Notes under the pieces: model-generated | What the model saw: the letters and a program-made list of their open reading frames with translations, nothing else | The model's database searches: none | Told to the model about the DNA's origin: nothing | Origin: the human T2T-CHM13v2.0 reference genome, Homo sapiens | NCBI RefSeq assembly: GCF_009914755.1 | Contig: NC_060948.1 | Length of the DNA stretch: 64,000 nt | Direction: 5' to 3' (one strand) | Position numbers and translations under genes: made by a program | Shown here: positions 40,986 to 58,727 of the stretch, in pieces | How positions within the stretch are numbered: the stretch's first letter is position 1 | Layout of the letters: every line of letters starts with the position of its first letter

Positions 40986-41506
40986 AGGGTCTCTCTGTCT
41001 TCCAGGCTGGAGTGTAGCAGTGCAATCACAGCTCACTGCAGCCTCAAACTCCTGAGCTCAAGCAATCCACCTGCTTCAACCTCTCTAGTTACTGGGGCTA
41101 CAGGTGTGCACCACCACACTCAGCTAATTTTTAGTATTTTGTAGAGATGGGGGTCTCACAATGTTCCCCATGCTGGTGCTGAACTCCTCAGCCTCCTGAG
41201 TCGTTGAAACTACAAGTGGGTGCCACCACACATAGCTATTTTTTAAAAATTTTTGTAGACGTGGAGTCTCAATGTGTTGCCCAGTCTAGTCTCAAACTTC
41301 TGGGCTCAACAATTGCCTCACTTCAGCCTCCCAAGTGCTTGAGACTATAGGTGTGTGCAAACACACTCAGCTAATTTTTTATTTTTTGTAGACACAGAGT
41401 CCTATAGTGTTGCCCAGGCTGCTATCAAACTCCTGGGCTCAAGTGATCCTACTGCATCAGCTTCCCAAGGTGCTGGGATTACAGGCATGAGCTACTACGC
41501 CAGGCC
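40986..41506 (-). mobile_element. AluJ-type multimer (one right arm plus three left-arm-like units)
   Basis: gcta(a)ttttt...tgtaga...gtct...gttgcccag unit repeated at ~41122, ~41235 and ~41370. Confidence 0.7.
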
Positions 41507-41605
41507 TCATTTTCTTTCTCTGCTTTTTGCAGAAAAAGGCAATTAGAATTATATTAGAAAAAAAGCCAAGGAAACATGATCCATGTGTACCACAGGGGGG
41601 AGACA

Positions 41606-41911
41606 CTTTTTTTTTTTTTTTTTTTTTTTGAGATGGAGTCTCCCTTTGTCACCCTGGCTGCAGTCCAATGGTGTGATCTTGGCTCACTGCAAGATCCGTC
41701 TCCCGGGTTCAAGTGATTTCCCTGCCTCAGGCTCCTGAGTAGCTGGGACTACAGGCGCATGCCACCACACCTGGCTAACTTTCATGTTTTTAGTAGAGAT
41801 GGGATTTCACCATGTTGACCAGGCTGGTCTCAAACTCCTGACCTCAGGTGATCTACCCACCTTGGACTCCCAAAGTACTGGGATGACAGGTGTGAGCCTC
41901 CACTCCTGGGT
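41606..41911 (-). mobile_element. AluS
   Basis: TSD gacactttt; long T tail. Confidence 0.9.
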
Positions 41912-41929
41912 GACACTTTTATTTCAAAA

Positions 41930-42803
<874 letters not shown>

Positions 42804-42824
42804 TATCCTTCCTGCCAAATCTTT

Positions 42825-43105
42825 TTTTAAGAATTTTGTTGTTTCCATTGACATATAATAACTGTCCATATTCCTGGGATACACAGTGATATTTCAATAT
42901 ATATAATGTATAGTGGTCACAGCAGGGTAATTGGCATATTCATCATCTTACACATGTACCATTTCTTTGTGTTGGCAACATTTAATATCCTCTCGGCTAC
43001 TTGAAACTGTATATTATTGTTGCCTAGAGTCATCCTACAGTGCTATAGAACACTAGAACTTATTCCCACTCTCTACCTGTAACTTTGTATCCTTTAACAA
43101 ATCTT
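42825..43105 (-). mobile_element. L1MA 3' end
   Basis: ttgacatataataactgtccatatt...gctatagaacactagaacttattcc. Confidence 0.7.
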
Positions 43106-43479
43106 ACTTTTAAGTAGGCAGGTGGGTTCATAGTTTCATGCAAAACTCATGCCTGCAAATGATGTACAACAGTCTCCCATGTGAAAAGGCAACTAAAAAT
43201 GATAAAGTTCAGGCTTTGCTTCTGGTACTTAGTGATTTGTATTTTATAGCTTGCCCATTTCCCAAAAACTCATGATCCATGAGTTGAATGAGAGTATTTT
43301 CACACCAGTAGTTACCATTTTAGGGAGACCAAAACAAAAAAATGCTTTTTTGAGAAGAAGAAAATTACCTTAGTTGTACAACATTAGGACAAAGTGATTT
43401 TGATGAAATCTGTAGTCTAACAATGACTTGCATTGATAGAGCTTGCTAAAGACAGGATTTATATTACCCTTAAATAAAA

Positions 43480-44032
43480 ATTGAACCCCAAGGTGATGGT
43501 GTTAGGAGGTGAGGCCTTTGGAATGTGATGAAGTCAGGAGCCTCATGAATGGCACTAGTGCCCTTATAAAACGGACCTCAGAGAGCTCCCTCACCCTTTC
43601 CATCATGTGAGGACGTGGCGAGAAGGTGCCAAGTCTATGAAGCAGGAAGCCCTCACCAGACAATGAATCTGCCACACCTTGATCCTGGACTCCAGAGCTG
43701 TGAGCAATAAATCTCTTTTGTTTAACCCAATTCCCATGTGCCCCGAGAATACTCTTGACTCTAATCCCAATGTAACAGAAATGTATATGATTTTACATTA
43801 GAATTAGACACAAGCTCTGTTTAGAAATAACTCCAAGAACAGTTTTTGTATTTTATTTTCACACTGAAAATCAATCAGATTTGCTTCAGCCTCAAAGAGC
43901 AAGCATGTTTATGTAAAATTAAATGAACGCAGGCAGTGAGCTGCACCATTTTTTTTTCTAAATGGGAAATGGGTTAAAAGCCATTCATTATATTTTGTAT
44001 TTTGTCATAGCAGTCAAAATGAATTAAGTCAG
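43480..44032 (+). mobile_element. MLT1A-like MaLR LTR interrupted by MER75B
   Basis: ggaggtgaggcctttgg...gagcaataaatc|MER75B|aagcca...tcatagcag. Confidence 0.75.
43726..43973 (+). mobile_element. MER75B piggyBac-family MITE
   Basis: TTAA TSD at 43722-43725 and 43974-43977; TIRs cccaattccc / gggaaatggg; gccccgagaatactc. Confidence 0.85.
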
Positions 44033-44147
44033 AGCTCCAGTTTTCTACCCCAGAGGATAGAAAACATTGGTGTCATTTTGCTACTGTTTTGATGTTCTTT
44101 TTATAAAGGATGAAGGAAGGACATACCATGTGAATTCTACTTTTTAG

Positions 44148-44451
44148 CTTTTTTTCTTTTGAGATGCAGTTTTGCTGTTATCACCTGGGCTGTAGTGCAG
44201 AGGCATGATCTTGGCTCATTGTAGCCTCTGCCTCCTGGTTCAAGCAATTCTCCTTCCTCAGCATCCCAAGTAGCTGGGACTACAGGTGCCTGCTACCATG
44301 CCCAGCTAATTTTTTTTTTTTTTTTTTTTTTTTAGTAGAGACAGGATTTCATCATGTTGGCCATGCTTGTCTCGAACTCCTGACCTCCGGTGATCTGCCT
44401 GCCTCAGCTTCCGAAAGTGCTGGGATTACAGACATGAGCCACCACACCCAG
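44148..44451 (-). mobile_element. AluS
   Basis: Dimeric Alu with an expanded T linker. Confidence 0.9.
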
Positions 44452-44707
44452 GGCAGATCTTTTATCTTATCCTATTTCTAGATGCCAACAGACATTACTC
44501 CTTGCTATCATCCAAGCACCAACAATCTTGGCAGCACCCAAGAGCTGGTTAGGAAGAAACACAATCTAGACCCAACCAGCCCTCTGAAATAACTTTCTGT
44601 ATTTTCACACAAGTGCCCCAGTGATCTCTTTCCAAGTTAACACTCAAGGAGCTATGTCTAGGGACAGAGCATTTTCTCAATCCATAGTGCAACTCCTTGG
44701 GCTAGAC

Positions 44708-44922
44708 CAGTGATTTCCAATCAAGGAAAATTCTGCCCCTGCAGGGAATACTTGTCAACCTCTGGAGGACATTTTTGGTTGTCATAACTTGAGGTGGAGG
44801 GGCTGCTACTGGATCCTAGTGGGTGGACACCAAGGATATTCCTAAACATCCTGCAGTCCACAGGCCAGCCCCCACCACAAAGAATGAATGACACAGTCTC
44901 AAATGTCAATGGTACAGACACT
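44708..44922 (+). mobile_element. MER20 hAT-Charlie
   Basis: gacatttttggttgtcataact...tgctactgg...ctaaacatcctgca...aaatgtcaat. Confidence 0.8.
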
Positions 44923-45076
44923 TGCCTAGAGACAACTGCCTAGAGGCTAGAGGAACCAAAATTCTCCTGTGTACTTCCCATAATAAGCAACTGGTTCATC
45001 CTAAAGTTATCTACTGTGAATTAAGGTGCTTTTCATCTATTCCTTCTGATAGTTTATTGGAAATACTGCTTTCTGA

Positions 45077-45768
<692 letters not shown>

Positions 45769-45809
45769 AGGAAGCACTTCTTGGGTGTCAAAGGTGTTTA
45801 TCCCAAGTG

Positions 45810-46150
45810 ATTTTCTTGGGGCTGCCGTAATACAGTATCACAATCTGAGCAGCTTAAAACAAGAGGAATTTATCATTTCCCAGTCCCAGAGGCCAGGAGT
45901 CTGAAATCAAGGAATGTTGGGGCTGTGCTCCCTCTGGAGGTTCTAGGGGAGGCTCCTTCCTCCCTCTCTCAGCTCCTGGGGGCTCCAGGCATCCTCAGGC
46001 TTGTGGCCGCATGCCTCCAGTCTCTGCCTCCATCTCCAAGTGGCCTTCTTCTCTGTGTCTGTGTCTCCTCTTTTGTCTCTTAGAAGGATACCTGACATTG
46101 GATGCAGGACCCTCTCTAACCCAGGATGAGCTCATTTTGGAATCCTTCTC
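45810..46150 (-). mobile_element. MLT1C-like MaLR LTR
   Basis: ggggctgccgtaa...gcttaaaacaa...ctccctctggaggttctaggggagg. Confidence 0.75.
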
Positions 46151-46459
46151 ATCCTCTGAACACAGTAAAAACATATCCTCTCTGTTGTACAGCACCTTTT
46201 ATAATCCATTTCACATCAAAAAGTTTATCATCATTTCCCTGTTGCAGTTTCTACTTCTCAGGTACTTTTCACAGCCCATCTGTATCTTCTTTTCTTCTTT
46301 AAACTTCTTCTTCCTATCTAATCCTATGCTTCACACAGAATTGGCACATGGGATCCAAATGGCACACTGCTATTTATTTAAATCTAAGATTGCAGATCTG
46401 GAAGAAATCATGAATAATCTAGTCCAGGTGTCCTGAGTCGTAGGTTAAAAAACATCTCA

Positions 46460-47200
46460 AGTGGAATCAACCCAAATGACCATCAGTGGATGAAGAAAAA
46501 CACAACATGGTCCATCCACACAAGGGAACATGATGCAACCCTAAGGAGGAATGGGGCTCAGACACAGGCTACAGTGTGGGTGCACCTGAATAACAGCACA
46601 CTCAGCAAAGCAAGTCAGACACAAAAGACTATGTGGTATATGATGCCATTTATATAAAGTGTCCCAAATAGTCAAATCCACAAAGACAGAAAATACATGG
46701 TCATTAGGGGCCGGGGAGGTGGAATGGGAAGTGACTGCTACTGGGTACAGGGTCCCGTTTTGGAAATATGAAAATGCTCTGGAACTAGATAGAGATGTGA
46801 TTACGAAAATACTAAATCTCACTGAGTTGTACACTTTAAAATGGTGAATTTCACCAGGTGCAGCAGCTCTTGCCTGTAATCCCAACACTTTGGCAGTCCA
46901 AGGTGGTGGATCACCTGAGGTCAGGAGTTCGAGACCAGCCTGACCAACGTGGTGAAACCCCGTCTCTACTGAAAATACAAAACTAGCTGGGCATGGTGGT
47001 GGGTGCCTGTAATTCCAGGTACTCAGGAGGCTGAGGCAGGAGAATTGCTTGAAACCAGGAGGCAGAGGTTGCAGTGAGCCAAGATTATACCACTGCACTA
47101 CAGCTTGGGCAACAGAGTGAGACTCTGTCTCAAAAATAAATAAATAAATAAATAATAAAAATAACAAAATGGTGAGTTTCATGTTCTATAAATTTCCTCT
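46460..47200 (+). mobile_element. L1MB 3' end with an AluS insertion (46852-47165)
   Basis: TSD aaaatggtga(a/g)tttc. Confidence 0.8.
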
Positions 47201-47274
47201 CCATAGAGAAAAAATTAGTCTTCTCCTAACTCTGAAAGCCTACGGTGGGCATCACCCCAAAAGTTAAGAGCCAG

Positions 47275-47580
47275 GGCCAGGCACAGTGGCTCACACATGT
47301 AATCTCAGCATTTTGGGAGGCCTAAGGAAAAGGATCACTAGAGCTCAGGAGCTCAAGACCAGCCAAGGCAACACAGCAAGACCCCATCCTTACAAAAAAT
47401 AAAATAAAAAACTAACTGGGCATGGTAGAGCACACCTGTAGTCTGAGGAACTCAGGAGGCTAAGCTGGGAGGATCACTTCAGCCCAGGAAGTCAAGGCTG
47501 CAGTGAACCATGATTGCACAACCACACTCCAGCCTGGGCAACAGAGCAAGACCTCATCTCCAAAAAAAGTTCAATTTAAA
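47275..47580 (+). mobile_element. AluJ
   Basis: TSD aaagttaagagc. Confidence 0.88.
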
Positions 47581-47591
47581 AAGAAAGTTAA

Positions 47592-48290
<699 letters not shown>

Positions 48291-48643
48291 TGCATGGCTT
48301 CATCTTAAAAGATTTATCTGTGCAACTCTTTGGGGAAATTTGCAAACAAATGTTTCTGTCCAGCCACTGGGAATTTGAAAGATGTTTTATTTTATTTTAT
48401 TTTTTTTATTATTACTATTATTATTATTATTATTTTTAATTATACTTTAAGTTTTAGGGTACATGTGCACATTGTGCAGGTTAGTTACATATGTATGCAT
48501 GTGCCATGCTGGTGCGCTGCACCCACTAACTCGTCATCTAGCATTAGGTATATCTCCCAATGCTATCCCTCCCCCCTCCCCCGTCCCCACCACAGTCCCC
48601 AGAGTGTGATATTCCCCTTCCTGTGTCCATGTGATCTCATTGT

Positions 48644-52078
<3,435 letters not shown>

Positions 52079-52533
52079 TCACTCAGGACTTGCTTTATGA
52101 ATCTGGGTGCTCCTGTATTGGGTGCATATATATTTAGGATAGTTAGCTCCTCTTGTTGAATTGATCCCTTTACCATTATGTAATGGCCTTCTTTGTCTCT
52201 TTTGATCTTTGTTGGTTTAAAGTCTGTTTTATCAGAGACTAGGATTGCAACCCCTGCCTTTTTTTATTTTCCATTTGCTTGGTAGATCTTCCTCCATCCT
52301 TTTATTTTGAGCCTATGTGTGTCTCTGCATGTGAGATGGGCTTCCTGAATACAGCACACTGATGGGTCTTGACTCTTTATCCAACTTTCCAGTCTGTGTC
52401 TTTTAATTGGAGAATTTAGTCCATTTACATTTAAAGTTAATATTGTTATGTGTGAGTTTGATCCTGTCATTATGATGTTAGCTGGTGATTTTGCTCGTTA
52501 GTTGATGCAGTTTCTTCCTAGTCTTGATGGTCT

Positions 52534-53550
52534 TTACATTTTGGCATGATTTTGCAGCGGCTGGTACCGGTTGTTCCTTTCCATGTTTAGCGCTTCCTTC
52601 AGGAGCTCTTTTAGGGCAGGCCTGGTGGTGACAAAATCTCTCAGCATTTGCTTGTCTGTAAAGTATTTTATTTCTCCTTCACTTATGAAGCTTAGTTTGG
52701 CTGGATATGAAATTCTGGGTTGAAAATTCTTTTCTTTAAGAATGTTGAATATTGGCCCCCACTCTCTTCTGGCTTGTAGGGTTTCTGCCGAGAGATCCGC
52801 TGTTAGTCTGATGGGCTTCCCTTTGAGGGTAACCCGACCTTTCTCTCTGGCTACCCTTAACATTTTTTCCTTCATTTCAACTTTGGTGAATCTGACAATT
52901 ATGTGTCTTGGAGTTGCTCTTCTCGAGGAGTATCTTTGTGGCGTTCTCTGTATTTCCTGAATCTGAACGTTGGCCTGCCTTGCTAGATTGGGGGAGTTCT
53001 CCTGGATAATATCCTGCAGAGTGTTTTCCAACTTGGTTCCATTCTCCCCATCACTTTCAGGTACACCAATCAGATGTAGATTTGGTCTTTTCACATAGTC
53101 CCATATTTCTTGGAGGCTTTGCTCATTTCTTTTTATTCTTTTTTCTCTAAACTTCCCTTTTTGCTTCATTTCATTCATTTCATCTTCCACTGCTGATACC
53201 CTTTCTTCCAGTTGATCGCATCGGCTCCTGAGGCTTCTGCATTCTTCATGTAGTTCTCGAGCCTTGGTTTTCAGCTCCATCAGCTCCTTTAAGCACTTCT
53301 CTGTATTGGTTATTCTAGTTATACATTCTTCTAAATTTTTTTCAAAGTTTTCAACTTCTTTGCCTTTGGTTTGAATGTCCTCCCGTAGCTCAGAGTAATT
53401 TGATCATCTGAAGCCTTCCTCTCTCAGCTCGTCAAAATCATTCTCCATCCAGCTTTGTTCCGTTGCTGGTGAGGAACTGCGTTCCTTTGGAGGAGGAGAG
53501 GCGCTCTGCGTTTTAGAGTTTCCAGTTTTTCTGTTCTGTTTTTTCCCCAT
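52534..53550 (-). pseudogene. L1 ORF1 with a nonsense codon (R49*)
   Basis: ATG at 53550, 1017-nt frame preserved, CGA>TGA at 53404-53406. Confidence 0.9.
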
Positions 53551-54458
53551 CTTTGTGGTTTTATCTACTTTTGGTCTTTGATGATGGTGATGTACAGATG
53601 GGTTTTTGGTGTGGATGTCCTTTCTGTTTGTTAGTTTTCCTTCTAACAGACAGGACCCTCAGCTGCAGGTCTGTTGGAATACCCTGCCGTGTGAGGTGTC
53701 AGTGTGCCCCTGCTGGGGGGTGCCTCCCAGTTAGGCTGCTCTGGGGTCAGGGGTCAGGGACCCACTTGAGGAGGCAGTCTGCCCGTTCTCAGATGTCCAG
53801 CTGCATGCTGGGAGAACCACTGCTCTCTTCAAAGGTGTCAGACAGGGACATTTAAGTCTGCAGAGGTTACTGCTCTCTTTTTGTTTGTCTGTGCCCTGCC
53901 CCCAGAGGTGGAGCCTACAGAGGCCTGCAGGCCTCCTTGAGCTGTGGTGGGCTCCACCCAGTTTGAACTTCCGGGCTGCTTTGTTTACCTAAGCAAGCCT
54001 GGGCAATGGCGGGCGCCCCTCCCCCAGCCTCGCTGCCGCCTTGCAGTTTGATCTCAGACTGCTGTGCTAGCAATCAGCGAGATTCCGTGGGCGTAGGACC
54101 CTCCGAGCCAGGTGTGGGATATAGTCTCGTGGTGCGCCGTTTTTTAAGCCGGTCTGAAAAGCGCAATATTCGGGTGGGAGTGACCCGATTTTCCAGGTGT
54201 GTCCGTCACCCCTTTCTTTGACTCGGAAAGGGAACTCCCTGACCCCTTGCGCTTCCCAGGTGCGGCAATGCCTCGCCCTGCTTCGGCTCGCACACGGTGT
54301 GCGCACCCACTGGCTTGCGCCCACTGTCTGGCACTCCCTAGTGAGATGAACCCGGTACCTCAGATGGAAATGCAGAAATCACCCGTCTTCTGCATCGCTC
54401 ACGCTGGGAGCTGTAGACTGGAGCTGTTCCTATTCAGCCATCTTGGCTCCTCCCCCTC
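53551..54458. promoter_or_regulatory. CpG-rich L1 5'UTR with sense and antisense promoters
   Basis: YY1 site (aagatggc on minus strand, ~54438-54445); many CpGs retained. Confidence 0.75.
54006..54221 (+). CDS. L1 antisense ORF0, intact 71 aa
   Basis: MAGAPPPASLPPCSLISDCC...RCVRHPFL; donors cag|gtgtgg (54112) and cag|gtgtgt (54197). Confidence 0.85.
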   Translation: MAGAPPPASLPPCSLISDCCASNQRDSVGVGPSEPGVGYSLVVRRFLSRSEKRNIRVGVTRFSRCVRHPFL

Positions 54459-54834
54459 AAGATGTTTAAATCCTATTGATTTTACAACCTTTCACAGGTT
54501 TCCTAGAAGACAACAACACAGAAACCTGATGGACCTGTAGAAGGGAGGGGTAATATAGAATTAGCAGAATGTTTATAAATTAAGATCCATATTTATTTAT
54601 AATATAATAACATTGGCCTCATCATGAAAAAAGTGCAGGTAAGTGGCACACCAATTATATCCTAGTTAGAAGTAACAAACAATCAGTGGTGTGAAAAGAT
54701 AATTCTACTTATCATGTGGTTAGAAACATCTGAAAGTACCTCAAGCATATAGAGCTTCCAGTGCTGGCTGACCTGGGGAGAAAACTATGAGTTTTCAATT
54801 CTGTCCCAGCATGTCCCTGAAGTTTTCACTTACT

Positions 54835-55159
54835 TTTCTGGTGTGGGTGGGGGGGAGGGAGGTGGCGGGGGGATTGGAGGGCAGGGGCTCCATCTGTTGC
54901 CCAGGCTGGAGTGCAGTGACATGATCATAACTCACTACATTCTCAAACACCCAGTCTCAAGTAATCCTCCCACCTTCCAGCCTCCCAAGTAGCTGGGACC
55001 ACAGACATGCACCACTGTACCTGGCTAATTTCAAATTTTTGGTAAAGACAAGGTCTTATTATGTTGTCCAAACTGGTTTCAAATTCCTGGGCTCAAGGAA
55101 TCCTCTGCCCTTGCCTTCCAGAGAGCTAAGGTTATGGGCATGAGCCACTGTGCCCCGAC
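54835..55159 (-). mobile_element. AluJ with a G-rich tract in place of the T tail
   Basis: TSD tttcacttac; G runs at 54845-54887. Confidence 0.8.
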
Positions 55160-55309
55160 TTTCACTTACATATTTTGGAAATAAGTTGCATCCCACTAGA
55201 GAAGTCCCAGCATCTGCAGGTGCTGTATAGGATGATGATTAAGTTCTTCCTACTCCATCAAGACCACCAGACAAAGGAAAGAGAGCACACTGCTACAGGC
55301 TGTAGCAGG

Positions 55310-55960
55310 TGTTATGGACTGAACCATGTCTCTTCAAAATTCATATTTGGAAACCCTAACCCTAATGTGGCTGTATTTGGAGATAGAGTCTATCAGCAGA
55401 TAATAAAGACTCAATGAGCTCATAGGTGTGGGGCCCTCATCCTATAGGACTGGTGTCCTCATAAGAAGATGAAGAGAGATTCTCTCTCTCTCTTTCTCTT
55501 TTATTGTAATAAGAACCCTTAATATGAGATTTACCCTCTTAAATACTTAAGTACACAATACTGTATTGTTAACTATAGGCATGATTCTGTACAGTAGATC
55601 AGAGCTTGTATGTCTTGCATAACTGAAACTCTGTACCCACTAAACAATTCCCCATTCCTTCTTCTGCCAACCCTGGACAACCACAATTCCTTCATTATCT
55701 CTCTCTCTCTCTCCCTTTCTCTCTCTCTCCCCCTTTCCCTCTCTCTCTCTTTCTCTCTCTCTCTCTTTTTCCACCAATGCTTTTCTGCTTTAGGACAAAG
55801 GAAAGGCCATGTGAGGATACAGTGAGAAGGTGGCCATCTGCCAGCCAGGAAAAGAGTCCTCACCAGACCCCAATCTTAACAGCATCCTGTTCTTGGACTT
55901 CCAGCCTGCAGAACTGTGAGAAAATAAATTTCTGAGGACTGTGGGACCTAGCAGACTAAT
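55310..55960 (+). mobile_element. MLT1A/B MaLR LTR interrupted by an L1MA 3' fragment (55495-55700, -) and (TC)n
   Basis: tgttatggactgaa...; resumes ggccatgtgaggatacagtgagaagg...gaaaataaatttct. Confidence 0.75.
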
Positions 55961-56022
55961 ATGGTGAAGGTTTGTCCCCAGACAGGAATGCCTGAAGTTG
56001 GGACTCTCAGACTCAATAGAGC

Positions 56023-56407
56023 TGCATGTGTTCATTTTCACACTGCTATAAAGACATATCTGAGATGGAATAATTTATGGAGAAAAGAAGTTTAGCTTAC
56101 ATTTCCACAGGCTGTACAGGAGGCCTGGGTAGGGAGGCCTCAGAAAACATATAATCATGGTGGAAGTGAATGGGAAGCAGGCACAATCTCTACATGCCCA
56201 GCAGGAGAGAGAGAGAGAGAGAGAAGGGGGAAGTGTCACATACTTTTAAACAACTAGATCTTGTGAGAACTCAGTCACTACCACAAGAACATTAAGGAAG
56301 AAATCTGCCTCCATGATCCAATCATCTCCCACCAGATCCCTCCTCTAACACTGGGAATTACAATTCAGCATGAGATTTGGGTGGTGACACAAATCCAAAC
56401 CATATCA
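56023..56407 (-). mobile_element. MSTA MaLR solo LTR
   Basis: cactgctataaagacata...caaatccaaaccatatca; TSD agagc. Confidence 0.82.
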
Positions 56408-56719
56408 AGAGCTAGGTCAGGATCAAGTCTCTGTCTCCTCATTTTATAAGGATAGCAAAAGCGTTAGCTGCAAGTTACTGAATTCACATGGTTTAACTGT
56501 AGAGACTCACCCAAACGTTATTTCAGAGACAACACAGGTAAGCTTTTTGAGACCAAGTTGTTTCCACAGGTAAGGAAAGATTAAACTATACACTGTTTGC
56601 AAAGCAGCTAACTTATGTATGATACACTATGCACAACTACCAGAAAAGAACACACAGGAAGATGCTGGAAATTAACTCAGTGGCTCCTCCTCTCTTCCAG
56701 ATGTGGTTTTAAAAAATGC

Positions 56720-57660
56720 CCATTTCCTGTTCCTCAAAAAATTAAAAATAAATCTGCCATGTGGCTGAGCAACCCTACTCATATTTTTCCAAATGAAATA
56801 AAATCAAGATCTTAAACAGACATCTGCACCCCCATGTTCACTGCAGCATCATTCACTATAGAAAACATCTAAGTGTCCATGGATGGATGAATCGGTAAAG
56901 AAAATGTCATGCATATATACAGTGGAATCCTATTCAGCTTTAAGAAAGAAAGGCAACCAATCATTGGCAACAACACAGATAAACCTGGAGGACATTATGC
57001 TAAGCAGAATCAGCCAGGCACAGAAAGACAAATACTGCCATGTCTCACTTATATGCAGAGTATAAACTCATGAAACTCATAGAAGCAGAGGATGAATGGT
57101 GGTTGCCAGGTGCTCTGAGGAGTGGTAGTAGGAAGTTGTTCTGTGGGTATAAAGTTTCAGTTACACAAGACAAATAAGCTCTGATCTGCTGTCTACAACA
57201 CTGCACCTGTAGTTAATAATACCATATTCTGTACCACTCAGCCATAAAAAGGAATGAAATAATGGCAATAGCAGCAACCTGGAAGGAATTGGAGACCATT
57301 ATTCTAAGTTATGGAAAACCAAACATTGTATGCTTTTACTTATAAGCAGAAGCTAAGCTATGAGGATGCAAACGCGTAAGAATGGCATAATGGACTCTGG
57401 AGACTCAGGGGGAAGGGTGGGAGGGGTGAGGGATCAAAGAGGACACATTGGGTACAGTGCACACTGCTCAGGTGACAGGCGCACCAAAATCTCAGAAATC
57501 ACCGCTAAAGAACTTATCCATGTAACCAAACACTACATGTTTCCCAAAAACTATTCAAATAATTTTTAAAGAGTTAATTAAAAAGTAGTAATAATTCTGT
57601 ATTTGGTACTTAAAAATTGAGAAGATAAATTTCATGTTAGGAATTCTTACTGCAATTTTT
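56720..57660 (+). mobile_element. L1MA 3' region with a nested L1MA/PB 3' end (57232-57570)
   Basis: Two successive L1 3'UTR signatures. Confidence 0.7.
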
Positions 57661-58727
57661 TTTAATGTCTGTTTCCTAGTTCCATCCAAATCTTCTGATC
57701 TGCCAGTATCTGACTCTCTATCACCTAAGAATTTCCTCCAATGGCCCCCACTAAGAAGTCACACGTCCTGCTTAGCATGGGATACCTGCAGCTTTATTTC
57801 AGGTCACACAGGCTAATGTCAGGGAATCCACTACTCTCTGTGGAACCATAGGTACACAGCATTTCTTAAGTTCAAGATGTCTCTATAATTCCACTGGCTT
57901 CTCTTGTCATCGTCCAATTCCATGCCATACTGAAGTTTGAGGAGCTTCATTCTTTTGTTTTCCAATTCACTTTAGAAAAAAAATTAAATAAATAAAACGC
58001 ACACCCTAGAATCTCATCCTTTCTCTCCCCAGGAGGTAAAATCTCCGAGCAGGTGCCCTGTGAACATGCTGGGAAGGTTCTAGTCTTGGATGATGGTTGA
58101 AGCATGTGTTCCTAATGAAAACTTTTAGAATAAAATTGGACCACAGCCACTGAGTATGGGTATAGGAATGCATCCAGGTGAGGGGGCTAGACAGAGCAGA
58201 CCAAGATGGGAAGCAGAATTTGTAAATTCCCTCAGCTGTAGGAGTCCTGAGACAGACCCTTTGTATGGGGTGAAGCTGGAAACATTCAAGACTTGGTCCA
58301 GAGTCCTCCTGACCTGACAGCCGGGTCCCCCTGCCAGAACTTGGGGACACCTCCATAGACAACCATCAAAGACTAAACAATGGGTAAACAATGACCCAGA
58401 ACAGTCTCCCCATGGTGCAGGTGCAGCAGTAACTTTGAGGTCATGTCAGACATCTCTCAGGCTGCAAGACCTCCCCACTCTCCTCTCCACTCTGTTCCTC
58501 CTCTTCCTCCTTTTTAAAAAACCATCTAGTACTTTCATGTGCTTCTCAGAAGACACAAACTGACACCAACCTGTGAAACTTAGATATGTCCAGGAGTACC
58601 CTCTATTTTGTTGAATTTTTTTTTTTTTTTTTTTTTTGCTACATTATGTTACAGCCTTGAGTTAGTCATATAACTGCACAAAAATCTGTGTGGACAATGT
58701 AAAAGAATTTTCAGGGTGTGAATACCC

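Noticed and set aside
46541-47182. 213-aa ORF and similar ORFs (7418-7813, 18811-19221, 47812-48222)
   Set aside because: Translations of Alu/L1 sequence.
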